The position numbers and the translations under genes were made by a program. This document shows, in pieces, positions 20,207 to 32,781 of a stretch of DNA of 64,000 nucleotides; position 1 is the stretch's first letter; each line of letters begins with the position of its first letter. Below the pieces are notes generated by a model. The model was not told the origin of the DNA and made no database searches. It saw only the letters and a list, made by a program, of their open reading frames with translations. Source of the stretch: an uncultured Gammaproteobacteria bacterium (lineage in GTDB: Bacteria; Pseudomonadota; Gammaproteobacteria; UBA9214); contig CAVYHX010000031.1 in the NCBI GenBank assembly GCA_963768415.1, positions 44,980 through 108,979 of the forward strand, in the 5' to 3' direction.

Positions 20207-21490
20207 TTACTGGCGGATGTGGCCATCGCCCAGAACGATGTACTTCAGGGTTGTCAGGCCCTCGAGGCCGACAGGGCCACGCGCATGCAGCTTGTCGGTG
20301 CTGATGCCTATCTCCGCCCCCAGCCCGTACTCAAATCCGTCGGCAAACCGGCTGGATGCGTTAACCATGACCGAACTCGAATCCACTTCACGCAAAAACC
20401 GCCGCGCGCGACCCAGAGACTCCGTAATAATGACATCGGTATGCGCAGACCCGTAGCGTGCAATATGGTCCATCGCCGCATCCATGTCATCGACCACGCG
20501 TAGCGCAAGAATCGGCGCGAGATATTCCGCTTCCCAGTCGGCCTTCGTCGCCGCGGCTATAGCGGGCAGAATGCCGCGACTCACATCGCAACCGCGCAAT
20601 TCAACCCCCGCCTCCGGATATTTTTCCGCCAGTACCGGGAGCACGCGCGCTGCTATCCCGCTGGCGACGAGCAGTGTCTCCATGGTATTGCAGGTCCCGT
20701 AGCGCTGGGTCTTGGCATTGACAGCCACTTTCACGGCCTTGTCCACATCCGCAAGATCGTCGATATAGGTATGACAGACACCATGCAGGTGCTTGATCAC
20801 CGGCACCAGTGACTCCTTGCTGATACGCTCGATCAGACCCTTGCCGCCACGCGGGATAATCACATCGACATGGTCCTGCATTCTTATCAGTTCACCGACG
20901 GCGGCACGGTCAGTGGTTTCCACCACCTGGACCACATCGGCCGGCAGCCCGGCCTGCGCCAGACCGGCATGAATGCAGGCTGCGATCGCCTGGTTGGAAT
21001 GCATGGCCTCCGAGCCACCACGCAGGATGCTGGCGTTCCCCGATTTCAGACACAGTGCAGCGGCATCCGCAGTCACGTTGGGACGTGACTCGTAAATGAT
21101 CCCGATGACCCCCAGCGGCACCCGCATGCGGCCTACCTGGATCCCCGAGGGCCGGTAGTTCATATCCGAGATACTGCCGACCGGATCCGGCAGCGCGGCA
21201 ACCTGGCGCAGGCCCGCGGCCATGGCGGCAATGCGTGCGTCATTCAGTTCCAGACGATCGAGCAGCGCTGCGTCCAGGCCATGCTGCCGGCCCGTGGCGA
21301 GGTCCTTTTCGTTTGCTGATTTAAGCGTCACGACCGCCTGCTCAATGGCCGCGGCAATGGCGCACAGCGCCGCGTCCTTCACCCCGGAATCCGCCCGCGC
21401 AATGGTGCGCGCGGCCGCACGTGCGCGCACACCGGTTGCATGCATATATTCCGGGATATCAAACCGCGTTGATTCGGCCTTTATATTCAT
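20207..21490 (-). CDS. proA: gamma-glutamyl phosphate reductase ProA
   Basis: 427-aa aldehyde-dehydrogenase-fold ORF in ProA order; the start could be the internal M at 21445. Confidence 0.88.
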   Translation of the reverse strand: MNIKAESTRFDIPEYMHATGVRARAAARTIARADSGVKDAALCAIAAAIEQAVVTLKSANEKDLATGRQHGLDAALLDRLELNDARIAAMAAGLRQVAALPDPVGSISDMNYRPSGIQVGRMRVPLGVIGIIYESRPNVTADAAALCLKSGNASILRGGSEAMHSNQAIAACIHAGLAQAGLPADVVQVVETTDRAAVGELIRMQDHVDVIIPRGGKGLIERISKESLVPVIKHLHGVCHTYIDDLADVDKAVKVAVNAKTQRYGTCNTMETLLVASGIAARVLPVLAEKYPEAGVELRGCDVSRGILPAIAAATKADWEAEYLAPILALRVVDDMDAAMDHIARYGSAHTDVIITESLGRARRFLREVDSSSVMVNASSRFADGFEYGLGAEIGISTDKLHARGPVGLEGLTTLKYIVLGDGHIRQ

Positions 21491-21520
21491 TTACAACAAT
21501 CTCACGCAAGCTATTGTTAA

Positions 21521-22546
21521 TTATGCATATATTTTTATGGCAGGCGTACCCGCCAGTGTCAGGGTCAATTGTAACAGTTCATCCCACGGGTTGCCCGCAG
21601 CCTGCCCCTTGATCATCCTGTCGATAGCGGCGCAGCACCTGAGCAGCCTGCGGCACTGTGCCGGCGTGAGGCGCTGCAGCACAGCGGCCAGTAACGACTT
21701 GCGCGCCTGCCAGATACGGAACCGTGCCAGCACCCCCGCGACCGCCTGGCCGCCCGCCAGCGCGCCGGCCATGCCCGTGAGCTGACGGATCTCGCGCGCC
21801 AGCGCCCATAACACCACGGGCGGCGCCACACCCTCGGCCCGCAAACCCTGCAGAATGCGCGCACTGCGCGCACCCTCACCGGCCAGCGCACTGTCCACCA
21901 GTGCGTACACATCAAAGCGCGCACTGTCGACCACCATGTGATTAACGGCTTCGACATCCACCGGCCCTGCACCGTGCAGCAGATACAGCTTGTCTATTTC
22001 CTGGGCGCACGCCAGCAGATTACCCTCCACCCGGTCGGCCAGCAGGGCAACTGCATCACGCGTCGGTTCCAGCCCGCAGGCGCGCATGCGGTTGCCTACC
22101 CAGCCGGCAAATTCCCGGACTCCCAGCGGCCACACATAAACCACTACCCCGGCCTGGTCCAGTGCCTGTACCCACTTCCCCTTGCGCGCGGAGGATTCCA
22201 GCTTGCCGGCCGAAATCAGCAACAGGGTATCTTCCGGGGGTTGCTCTGCATACGCGCGCAATGCCCTGGAGCCGGCATCGCCCGGTTTGCCCCCCGGCAG
22301 GCGCAGGTCGATAATGCGTCGCTGCGAAAACAGCGACAGGTTACCGGCTCCGGACAGCAGGCTGTCCCAGTCGAATCCCGCCTGCACGGTCAATACAGCA
22401 CGTTCGTCATAACCCTGTGAACGCGCTGCAGCCCGCACGGCATCCGCGGCCTCCATGACCCGCAGCGGCTCGTCCCCGCTGATGAAATAGACCGGCGCGA
22501 GCTGCTTGCGTAAATGGCCGGTCAGTTGTTCGGGCTTGATCTGCAT
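21521..22546 (-). CDS. holA: DNA polymerase III delta subunit HolA
   Basis: 341-aa ORF in the conserved lptE–holA position. Confidence 0.85.
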   Translation of the reverse strand: MQIKPEQLTGHLRKQLAPVYFISGDEPLRVMEAADAVRAAARSQGYDERAVLTVQAGFDWDSLLSGAGNLSLFSQRRIIDLRLPGGKPGDAGSRALRAYAEQPPEDTLLLISAGKLESSARKGKWVQALDQAGVVVYVWPLGVREFAGWVGNRMRACGLEPTRDAVALLADRVEGNLLACAQEIDKLYLLHGAGPVDVEAVNHMVVDSARFDVYALVDSALAGEGARSARILQGLRAEGVAPPVVLWALAREIRQLTGMAGALAGGQAVAGVLARFRIWQARKSLLAAVLQRLTPAQCRRLLRCCAAIDRMIKGQAAGNPWDELLQLTLTLAGTPAIKIYA

Positions 22547-22678
22547 GCAGTGACTTGATCAATAACGGCGTGCAGCCGGAATGCCCGGATGATCCAGACG
22601 GCGCATGCGCCGCACTCCGCGCGGGGCAGGATGCCGGCCTTTCCGGAACCGCAGCGGGAAACGGGTCATGCAGGCATC

Positions 22679-23188
22679 CTATAACGCCTTCGCCGCCGCC
22701 GAAATGCGCAGCAGGGCCAGGTTCACAAGGTCACGCTGCAGTGATTCGCGCAACACCCGGTCTTCACGCTGTTTGCCAAGCACGTCGGAACTGCTGAATA
22801 CGTAAGCACGGCTCAGGGTCACGGTCTGTTCGTCGATCAGGGGGGCATTGTCTCTGGTCGTCACGGAAAATGTGAGTGTCTGCCTGATCTCGTACTCCTG
22901 AACCTTGCCGGCGGTATTGACCGACAGGACCACTTGCTCTATCTGGTTCCCGAGTACCCGCAGCACGGCAGTTGCAATACTGCGTTCATCCGTCACACTC
23001 ATGTCGTATGCGCGGAACGCAGTGCGGAAGTCCCGCGTCAGCGTACTGTAATGCTGTTCACTTTGAATATAGGTCACCGACATGGCCGCGGGCATCGCCA
23101 TATTGCCGCGCAGATGAAATCCGCAGCCGCCCAGGTAACCCGTGAGGCAGGCCATCAGCATCCATAACGCCGCCAGCCTGGCCGTCAC
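22679..23188 (-). CDS. lptE: LPS-assembly lipoprotein LptE
   Basis: Lipoprotein signal with lipobox (…CLTGYLGGCGF…), in the conserved position between leuS and holA. Confidence 0.85.
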   Translation of the reverse strand: MTARLAALWMLMACLTGYLGGCGFHLRGNMAMPAAMSVTYIQSEQHYSTLTRDFRTAFRAYDMSVTDERSIATAVLRVLGNQIEQVVLSVNTAGKVQEYEIRQTLTFSVTTRDNAPLIDEQTVTLSRAYVFSSSDVLGKQREDRVLRESLQRDLVNLALLRISAAAKAL

Positions 23189-23283
23189 CAGTACATTCCC
23201 GGAACTGTTTGTTGCCGCATGGGTGTTAGCTTCATGGTTTCAGCTCAATATTCCGGATAACCGCCACCCGGTGAGAATGCGGG

Positions 23284-25819
<2,536 letters not shown>

Positions 25820-25880
25820 TCACCTTCACGCCGGTATAGTCCACACTTGATTACAGGCAGATCTCAAAAGGAACAATGAC

Positions 25881-26411
25881 ATGACAGACGATAAATCCGC
25901 ACGCGAAAAGTGGCTGCGCGCCTATGACGACATGATGGTGCGGGTGAAGACCGCCATCGAGGAGGCGGAGGAGCACGCGCGCCCCGTCCTGCAGCGGTAT
26001 ATACACAATGCCCGTGACAAGGCAGTGGAGCTGGAGGAGCTGACCCGGGAAGAAGCGGAGAAAATTGCCGAATACCTGCAGCGCGACCTGCAGGACGCCG
26101 GCAGCCACCTGGCCGAGACCGGGCATGAGCTGGGTGACTGGTTACGTTTCGATATCCACCAGATCGAGGAACGCATCAAGGATGCCCTGTTGATGGCTGC
26201 AGACCATACCCGAATGGAGATGCTCAAATTCGAAAACGATATCGAGGAGGGGCCGGTCTATAACACCGGCGAAATCACCGGACCCGGCACCCTGGTCTGT
26301 GACTCCTGTGACAACACCATCCGCTTTCATGCAACCGGTTATATCCCGAACTGTCCCAATTGCGGACACACGGTGTATCACCGTAAAACGGTCAAGGATG
26401 AGCTGGCATAA
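25881..26411 (+). CDS. zinc-ribbon-containing protein (DUF1451-like)
   Basis: 176-aa acidic coiled-coil N-terminus plus a C-terminal CxxC…CxxC ribbon (CDSCDN…CPNCGH), in the conserved slot between leuS and lnt. Confidence 0.7.
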   Translation: MTDDKSAREKWLRAYDDMMVRVKTAIEEAEEHARPVLQRYIHNARDKAVELEELTREEAEKIAEYLQRDLQDAGSHLAETGHELGDWLRFDIHQIEERIKDALLMAADHTRMEMLKFENDIEEGPVYNTGEITGPGTLVCDSCDNTIRFHATGYIPNCPNCGHTVYHRKTVKDELA

Positions 26412-26578
26412 GCACGCCGGCTATGCTTCAAAATGCAGACGCGGGTTGGAAAGGAGCGCAGCGACGCCCGCAGGGACGTCGTTCGCAGAGCAGTATGCCG
26501 TGCGCGTGCCAACAGGACAGCAGCCAACCTTGCCGGGCACGCTACGCTTGCCCAACCTGTGTTCACGGCACCGTTTTT

Positions 26579-28081
26579 TCAGTCGTTTTCACCCGGGCGT
26601 GACCGCCCGGCAATCCTGACCAGCACCAGCAGCAGCGCACACACTATCACCACCGGCCAGTTGCCCGTGCGTACATACGGTGTCGCGCCCTGGCGGGGCA
26701 CAATCCTCCCCGTAACAACCGCCTCGGCAAACTGCGGACTGCGGGCCTGTATACGGCCGTCATGGGCAATGATGGCGGAGATGCCGGTATTGGTTGCGCG
26801 CAGCATGGGACGACCGGTCTCCTTTGGCGCGCATGCGCGCCATTTCCAGATGCTGATGCGGCGCCAGGGAATTTCCGAACCAGGCATCGTTGCTCACATT
26901 CACCAGCAATGCGGCTTCCGGCAGTGCCTTGATGATTTCTTCCGGAAAGGCCACTTCAAAACAGATAGAGGTTCCCACCGCGTAACCGGCGGCCTGCAGT
27001 GGCGGTTGGCGTGCAGTCACCCCGGCTGAAATCCGCATTCGGCACGGCCAGCGCATCCAGGGAGGTGCCCAGCAGAGCGCGCAGCGGCAGGTATTCACCG
27101 AATGCGACCAGGTGACGCTTGTAGTAAAAGGCCGGTTCCGCGCCCAGCGAAACCACGGCGTTGTAGTACTTCCAGGCCGACCGGTCGAGTACCGGGATGC
27201 CGGTCAGCAAGGTCGCACCGGCTGCCTGCATCTCCGACTGCAGGTGCGGAATCAGGTTGTCCTCGACCTGGTGGTAGAACGCGGGGATGGCCGTCTCGGG
27301 CCAGACAATCAGGTCGCTGTCCTGCGCCGGCGGCGGTCAGCTCCAGGTAACGCGTCAGGGTATTGACCATATTTTCCGGTGCCCACTTGTCTTCCTGGGC
27401 AATATTGCCCTGCACGAGCCGGACCTGCAGCGCGCGGTCCTACGGCTGCGTCCACTCCATGCGGCCGAACAGATAGCCGCCGCCCCAGAGCAGGGTGACG
27501 CCAAGCACACTGGCAACCACCTGCTGCCGCCGCAATGCCGCCAGCAGGGCCGCGGCCGTCAGCGCCACGGCCCAGCCGGTTCCGTACACCCCGAGCACCG
27601 GGGCATAGCCGGCCAGCAGGCTGTCGATCTGGCCGGTACCGAGATTCAGCCAGGGAAACCCGGTGAACACCCAGCCACGCAGCCATTCGGACAGCGTCCA
27701 GCCGGCGGGAAAGACCAGGACCAGCACCGCCCAGGTATCCGCAGCGAAGGCCTTGCGCACAACATAGCCGAGCAGCGCCGGAAACAGCGCCAGGACAAGC
27801 ACAAACAGGATGGTCACCAGTAACGCCGGCAGCACCGCCACATGGCCATAGACCTGAACGCTGACGTAGACCCAGGAAACACCGGCTCCGAAGAACCCAA
27901 GGCCGAACAGTGCGCCGTGCAGGAATGCCTGGCGCGGTGTGTCATTCAGCCACTGGTTGAAGAGTATGGCCAGCGCAAGAAAAACCACCGGGTACCAGCC
28001 GAAGGGCGCAAAGGCAGCGACGGACAGGACACCGGCGAGCAGTACAGCGAGCCCGCCGAGGCGGTCAGTCAGGCCGTTCAC
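26579..28081 (-). pseudogene. lnt: apolipoprotein N-acyltransferase Lnt, disrupted by one in-frame TAG and at least 3 frameshifts
   Basis: Five consecutive ORF fragments cover the gene. The N-terminal TM domain (27440–28081) ends at an in-frame TAG at 27440–27442. Frame changes follow near 27325, 27010 and 26820 (gccaaaggagacc versus expected gccaaggagacc, an A-homopolymer +1). CN-hydrolase motifs are present (…NDAWFGNS…HLEMARMRA…RATNTGISAII…). Confidence 0.85.
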
Positions 28082-28962
28082 GCTTCGCTGATTGGCTGTT
28101 CGTCCGGCACTGCCGCCGGTTTGGGCAACAGGGTGAGTTGCAGCATGTGTACGCGCCGGTTGTCCGCACGCAGGACCTTGAACAGGATGTTATCGATGAC
28201 AGTGCGGTCTCCGCGCCTCGGCAAATGTCCGATCTGGTGTACAACCAGACCACCGATGGTATCGAATTCATCATCGGAATATTGCGTGCCGAAATACGCG
28301 TTGAAGTCCTCGATCGGCGTCAGCGCCTTTACCGTGTAATGCGCCTCGCTGTGCTTGCGGATCGTGTCTTCCTCTTCCACATCATGTTCGTCCTCGATCT
28401 CGCCGACAATCTGTTCCAGTACGTCCTCGATTGTCACCATGCCCGCCACGCCGCCATATTCGTCGACAACGATCGCCATATGATTGCGGCTGGAACGAAA
28501 TTCCTTCAGCAACACATTGAGCCGCTTGCTTTCCGGCACAAATATCGCCGGGCGCAGGATTTCACGCACGTTGAACCGGCTGCCGGCCTGTTCATAGGCA
28601 TATAACAGCAGGTCCTTTGCCAGCAGGACACCCACCACCTCATCCCGACTTTCTCCGAATACCGGGAAGCGTGAATGGCCCGATTCGACGACCGTGCGCA
28701 GCAGTACCTGCGGTGAATCATCGCGGTCCAGCATCACTACCTGGGAGCGGGGGATCATGATATCGCGCACCTGCATGTCATCGACCTGCAGCACGCCCTC
28801 GATCATGGCGAGGGCATCGGCATCGAACAGGTTCTTGCGCTGGGCAGCACGTAACAACTCGAGGAGTTGCTCATTATCGGATGGCTCCCACAACAGCGCC
28901 TGTTTCAGCCTGGCAGACCAGGAGCGCCTTGCGGGGCCGTTGGGAGGTCGGCCTTTATTCAT
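28078..28962 (-). CDS. corC: Mg2+/Co2+ efflux protein CorC/YbeX (CBS pair plus CorC_HlyC domain)
   Basis: 294-aa ORF in the conserved ybeZ–ybeY–corC–lnt operon. Confidence 0.88.
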   Translation of the reverse strand: MNKGRPPNGPARRSWSARLKQALLWEPSDNEQLLELLRAAQRKNLFDADALAMIEGVLQVDDMQVRDIMIPRSQVVMLDRDDSPQVLLRTVVESGHSRFPVFGESRDEVVGVLLAKDLLLYAYEQAGSRFNVREILRPAIFVPESKRLNVLLKEFRSSRNHMAIVVDEYGGVAGMVTIEDVLEQIVGEIEDEHDVEEEDTIRKHSEAHYTVKALTPIEDFNAYFGTQYSDDEFDTIGGLVVHQIGHLPRRGDRTVIDNILFKVLRADNRRVHMLQLTLLPKPAAVPDEQPISEA

Positions 28963-29098
28963 TAAATAATATGTGGTTACAACACATCCTTGATAAACCG
29001 TATAAAATCAGGACACGCCCCTCTCCGGGCGCTGCGCAGTCACTATAGCGGTACTCAGCGGTGTTTTTCCAGCCCGGCGCATGCCTGGCAGCGCCCGC

Positions 29099-29566
29099 TT
29101 AACCTTGCGCCAGGTAGGGATCAGCAAATCCCAGGCGGTCGAGCAACACCGTTTCCAGGGCCTCCATCCGCTGCGCGTCTCCGTCTTTTGTATGTTGATG
29201 ACCCAGCAGATGCAGTACGCCGTGGATCACAATGTGCGCCCAGTGAGAGGCAAGCGGCTTGCCCTGTTTAATGGCTTCCATTGCCACAACCGGCGCACAG
29301 ATGACCACATCTCCCAGCAGATCGGATGTCACCCCGGGTATGGGTTCATATGGAAACGATAAAACATTGGTCGGTCCATCCTTGCCGCGATATTCACGGT
29401 TGAGCGCGGTCATCTCTGCCTCGTCCACGATGCGCACCACCAGCTCTGCTGCCTCCCGCTCACCCTGCAAGGCATGTGTCGCCCATTGCTGGATAAGCTC
29501 CCCGGAGGGTATTCCATCCGCAAAAACGGCAAACTGGACATCGATGCGTAGCTTTTCTGTATTCAA
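29099..29566 (-). CDS. ybeY: endoribonuclease YbeY
   Basis: 155-aa ORF with the H-x-x-x-H-x-x-G-x-x-H metal motif (HGVLHLLGHQH). Confidence 0.9.
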   Translation of the reverse strand: MNTEKLRIDVQFAVFADGIPSGELIQQWATHALQGEREAAELVVRIVDEAEMTALNREYRGKDGPTNVLSFPYEPIPGVTSDLLGDVVICAPVVAMEAIKQGKPLASHWAHIVIHGVLHLLGHQHTKDGDAQRMEALETVLLDRLGFADPYLAQG

Positions 29567-29605
29567 TATTCTGGCCTCGCGAACGTTATGGTCCCGCTTT
29601 CGCGG

Positions 29606-30601
29606 TCAACCCCGGTCTTCCCTGTCCCTGGAATTTAATTCTTCGTAGCCTTCATATGCGTTAATGATACGCTGGACCAGCGGATGCCGAACCACATCCC
29701 GCGAGACAAAGAAGGTAAAGCTGATGTCTTGCTGATTCTTGAGTACGTCGGTCACCTGGCGCAGGCCTGACTGGGCATGTTTGGGCAAGTCAATCTGCGT
29801 GATATCACCGGTCACGACGGCAGTCGACCCGAAACCAATGCGGGTCAGGAACATCTTCATCTGCTCAACAGTCGTGTTCTGTGCCTCATCCAGAATAATG
29901 AACGAATCATTCAGACTGCGACCGCGCATAAAGGCCAGCGGCGCCACTTCGATCACATTGCGCTCGATCAGCTTGGCGACCCGGTCAATACCGAGCATTT
30001 CATAGAGTGCGTCGTACAGGGGACGCAGATAGGGATCCACCTTCTGGGTCATGTCGCCGGGCAGAAATCCAAGTCGCTCGCCCGCCTCCACCGCGGGGCG
30101 CACCAGCACCAGGCGGCTCACCCGCTCCTGCTCCAGTGCCTGGACGGCGCAGGCCACGGCAAGGTAGGTCTTGCCGGTCCCGGCCGGACCGATACCGAAA
30201 TTCAGGTCATGCCTGAGAATGTTCTGCAGATAGCGTTTCTGATTCGCCCCGCGCGGCGTGATCGTGCTGCCGGGCGTCGGTATGACAATGGTGTCACTGT
30301 CGCCGGTCGCGCTGACAGCGGACGGGTCGGCATCCGCCTCCTGCAGATAGAGATGGATCTTTTCCGGCGTGAGCGAACCGGATTCCGTCTCCAGGTAGAG
30401 GGCTTCAAGAATCTGGCGGGCAGACGCGACACCACCGGCCTCGCCGATAATCCGGAACTGGTTACCGCGGCTGTTGATCTCTACCCCGAGACGCTGCTCG
30501 AGCTGGCGCAGGTGATTATCAAACTGGCCGCACAGTTCCGCCAGGCGCTCGTTATCTACGGGCTCCAGTAAAATATCCAGGGATTCCATCTGTGCGTTCA
30601 A
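29606..30601 (-). CDS. ybeZ: PhoH-like ATPase YbeZ
   Basis: 331-aa ORF with a Walker A (GPAGTGKTYLA) and PhoH family features. Confidence 0.88.
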   Translation of the reverse strand: MNAQMESLDILLEPVDNERLAELCGQFDNHLRQLEQRLGVEINSRGNQFRIIGEAGGVASARQILEALYLETESGSLTPEKIHLYLQEADADPSAVSATGDSDTIVIPTPGSTITPRGANQKRYLQNILRHDLNFGIGPAGTGKTYLAVACAVQALEQERVSRLVLVRPAVEAGERLGFLPGDMTQKVDPYLRPLYDALYEMLGIDRVAKLIERNVIEVAPLAFMRGRSLNDSFIILDEAQNTTVEQMKMFLTRIGFGSTAVVTGDITQIDLPKHAQSGLRQVTDVLKNQQDISFTFFVSRDVVRHPLVQRIINAYEGYEELNSRDREDRG

Positions 30602-30607
30602 ATCAGC

Positions 30608-31975
30608 TCAGGCGACACTGAATTCCCGGCTGGACCGGTCCGCATCCTCGGTCGAAACCAGCTCGCCGCGCAATGAGTTCGGCAAGGCCTCGGTGATACG
30701 CACAGTCACGAAACTCCCGATCAGTGACGCGGGACCATCAAAATTGACTACGCGGTTGTTCCCGGTACGCCCGCTGACCTGGTCTGCGCGCTTGCGGGAA
30801 ATCCTGTCGACCAGCACACGCTCATCTCTGCCGACCATCCCCTGACTGATCGCTGCGGCCAGTGCATTAATACGCTGTTGTAATGCCAGCAGCTGCTGCT
30901 TCTTGACAGACATGGGCACGTCATCCGGCAGACTGGCTGCCGGGGTACCGGGGCGCGGGCTGTAGATAAAACTGAATGACTGGTCGAAACCGACCGCATC
31001 AATGAGTTCCATGGTCTGCTCGAAGTCGGCATCCGTCTCACCGGGAAAGCCGATGATAAAATCCGACGACACGCTGATATCCGGGCGCGCCTGGCGCAGC
31101 CGCCGGATAATGGATTTGTATTCCAGCGCCGTGTGATTGCGCTTCATCAGGGCCAGCACCCGGTCTGAACCGCTTTGTACCGGCAGGTGCAGATGGCCAG
31201 CCAGCTCCGGAACCTCGGCATGGGCCTGGATCAGGCTGTCGCTCATCTCCAGCGGGTGCGAGGTGGTATAGCGGATCCGGTCGATGCCATCGATAGTAGC
31301 GATGAAGTTTATGAGCAAGGCCAGGTCGGCGAGTTCGCCGTCATGCATGACGCCGCGATAGGCGTTGACATTCTGTCCCAGCAGGGTGATTTCGCGCACG
31401 CCCTGCTCCGCCAGCGCCACCGCTTCGGCCAGGATGTCATCAAACGGCCGGCTGACTTCCTCACCGCGGGTGTAGGGCACGACACAAAAACTGCAATATT
31501 TGCTGCACCCCTCCATGATGGATACAAATGCGGCTGGACCCTCCGCCCGTGGCGCCGGCAGGCAATCAAACTTCTCGATTTCAGGAAAACTCACATCGGT
31601 GACCGGCCCCGGTGTCCGCGCCAGTTCGTCCAGCATCTGCGGCAGGCGGTGCAGGGTCTGCGGACCGAACACCAGGTCAACGCAGGGCGCGCGTGCGCGC
31701 AGGGCATCCCCCTCCTGGCTGGCGACACACCCGCCGACGCCAATCACCAGTTCCGGGCGCGCATCCTTGATTTCCTTCCAGCGGCCCAGCTCCGAGAACA
31801 CCTTCTCCTGGGCCTTGTCGCGAATGGAGCAGGTGTTCAGCAACAGCACATCGGCCTGCGCCGGATCCTGCGTGATTTCCAGCTGATGGGAAGCAGCCAG
31901 CACGTCCGCCATGCGTGCGGAATCGTACTCGTTCATCTGGCAGCCGTGCGTCTTGATGTAGAGCTTACGTGTCAT
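30608..31975 (-). CDS. miaB: tRNA-2-methylthio-N6-dimethylallyladenosine synthase MiaB
   Basis: 455-aa radical-SAM ORF ([19 protein letters not shown]…[15 protein letters not shown]…). Confidence 0.92.
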   Translation of the reverse strand: MTRKLYIKTHGCQMNEYDSARMADVLAASHQLEITQDPAQADVLLLNTCSIRDKAQEKVFSELGRWKEIKDARPELVIGVGGCVASQEGDALRARAPCVDLVFGPQTLHRLPQMLDELARTPGPVTDVSFPEIEKFDCLPAPRAEGPAAFVSIMEGCSKYCSFCVVPYTRGEEVSRPFDDILAEAVALAEQGVREITLLGQNVNAYRGVMHDGELADLALLINFIATIDGIDRIRYTTSHPLEMSDSLIQAHAEVPELAGHLHLPVQSGSDRVLALMKRNHTALEYKSIIRRLRQARPDISVSSDFIIGFPGETDADFEQTMELIDAVGFDQSFSFIYSPRPGTPAASLPDDVPMSVKKQQLLALQQRINALAAAISQGMVGRDERVLVDRISRKRADQVSGRTGNNRVVNFDGPASLIGSFVTVRITEALPNSLRGELVSTEDADRSSREFSVA

Positions 31976-32127
31976 CTTACTTTATATGATAACGGTAACT
32001 GGCTTATTTTGCTAAAATTACTATCCATGTCCACGGCAACTGCAGCAGCACCGGGAGGGTTGAATCGGACCACCGCAGCGGAGCAGCATGGGTGCATTGC
32101 CCGGGTAGCGGGCAATGCATGCGTCAT

Positions 32128-32484
32128 GTAATAAGGAGCCAGCCGGTAAGCCGGGTTCTGTCGTGGACAGTCATTCATCTGGGATGTGCGTCACCACACA
32201 CCTCTTGCGACCTACCCGGGAACGGTGCGGGCCGCACCAATGTTCCCCTATTTGGTCTTGCTCCGGGTGGGGTTTACCCTGCCACGCCTGTTACCAGGCG
32301 CGCGGTGCGCTCTTACCGCACCATTTCACCCTTACCCGCTGTGCTAAAAAAGCAGCAACGGGCGGTATATTTTCTGTGGCACTGGCCGTTGGCTTGCGCC
32401 CCCCAGGCGTTACCTGGCACCCTGCCCTGTGGAGCCCGGACTTTCCTCCCCGCACAAGGCGAAGCGACTGTCTGGCCGACTCCA
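32128..32484 (-). ncRNA. rnpB: RNase P RNA (bacterial type A)
   Basis: The reverse complement reads …ggagtcggccagacagtcgcttcgcc…gggaggaaagtccgggctccacagggcagggtgccaggtaacgcctgggggg…ggtaagggtgaaa…ggtgcggtaagagcgcaccg…agatgaatgactgtccacgacagaacccggcttaccgg…. This matches E. coli M1 RNA conserved regions (P4, P15 and the GGAAAGTCCGGGCT core) nearly base for base. Confidence 0.92.
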
Positions 32485-32781
32485 GGTTGCCATTATGAGG
32501 GAAACAGCGGCCTGACGACACCCCGCAGGGCCCCTGTTTCCGGCTGCATGCACACAGGCGTCCGGCGCGTCTGCTCCCTGCACCCCGGACCGGCCCTGCG
32601 GCACACCGGACAAATGTTCGTGAAACAGGAAGAATACCCGGAAGGACACGAATAGTTATCAATGACTTGCTTGCTGTTTCTTGAATATACATATGGATAA
32701 TGTCGCTAGCGAAATGACCGGCGAAGCGTATAATCCCACTCCTCGATCGAATGACAGGCCGCGCCATGGCGTGGCTTTTTT

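Noticed and set aside
31175-32131. 318-aa + strand ORF spanning miaB and running into rnpB
   Set aside because: It is antisense to miaB and to RNase P RNA, and no family is recognisable.
32092-32655. 187-aa ORF and other ORFs at 32.1–32.8 kb
   Set aside because: The region is RNase P RNA (rnpB) on the minus strand plus promoter space, so these ORFs are non-coding artefacts.
32681-32743. Candidate sigma70 promoter for ppc (TTGAAT… / TATAAT at 32729–32734)
   Set aside because: A good −10 hexamer is present, but no −35 element lies at an acceptable spacing (17±1 bp), so it was not reported as a feature.
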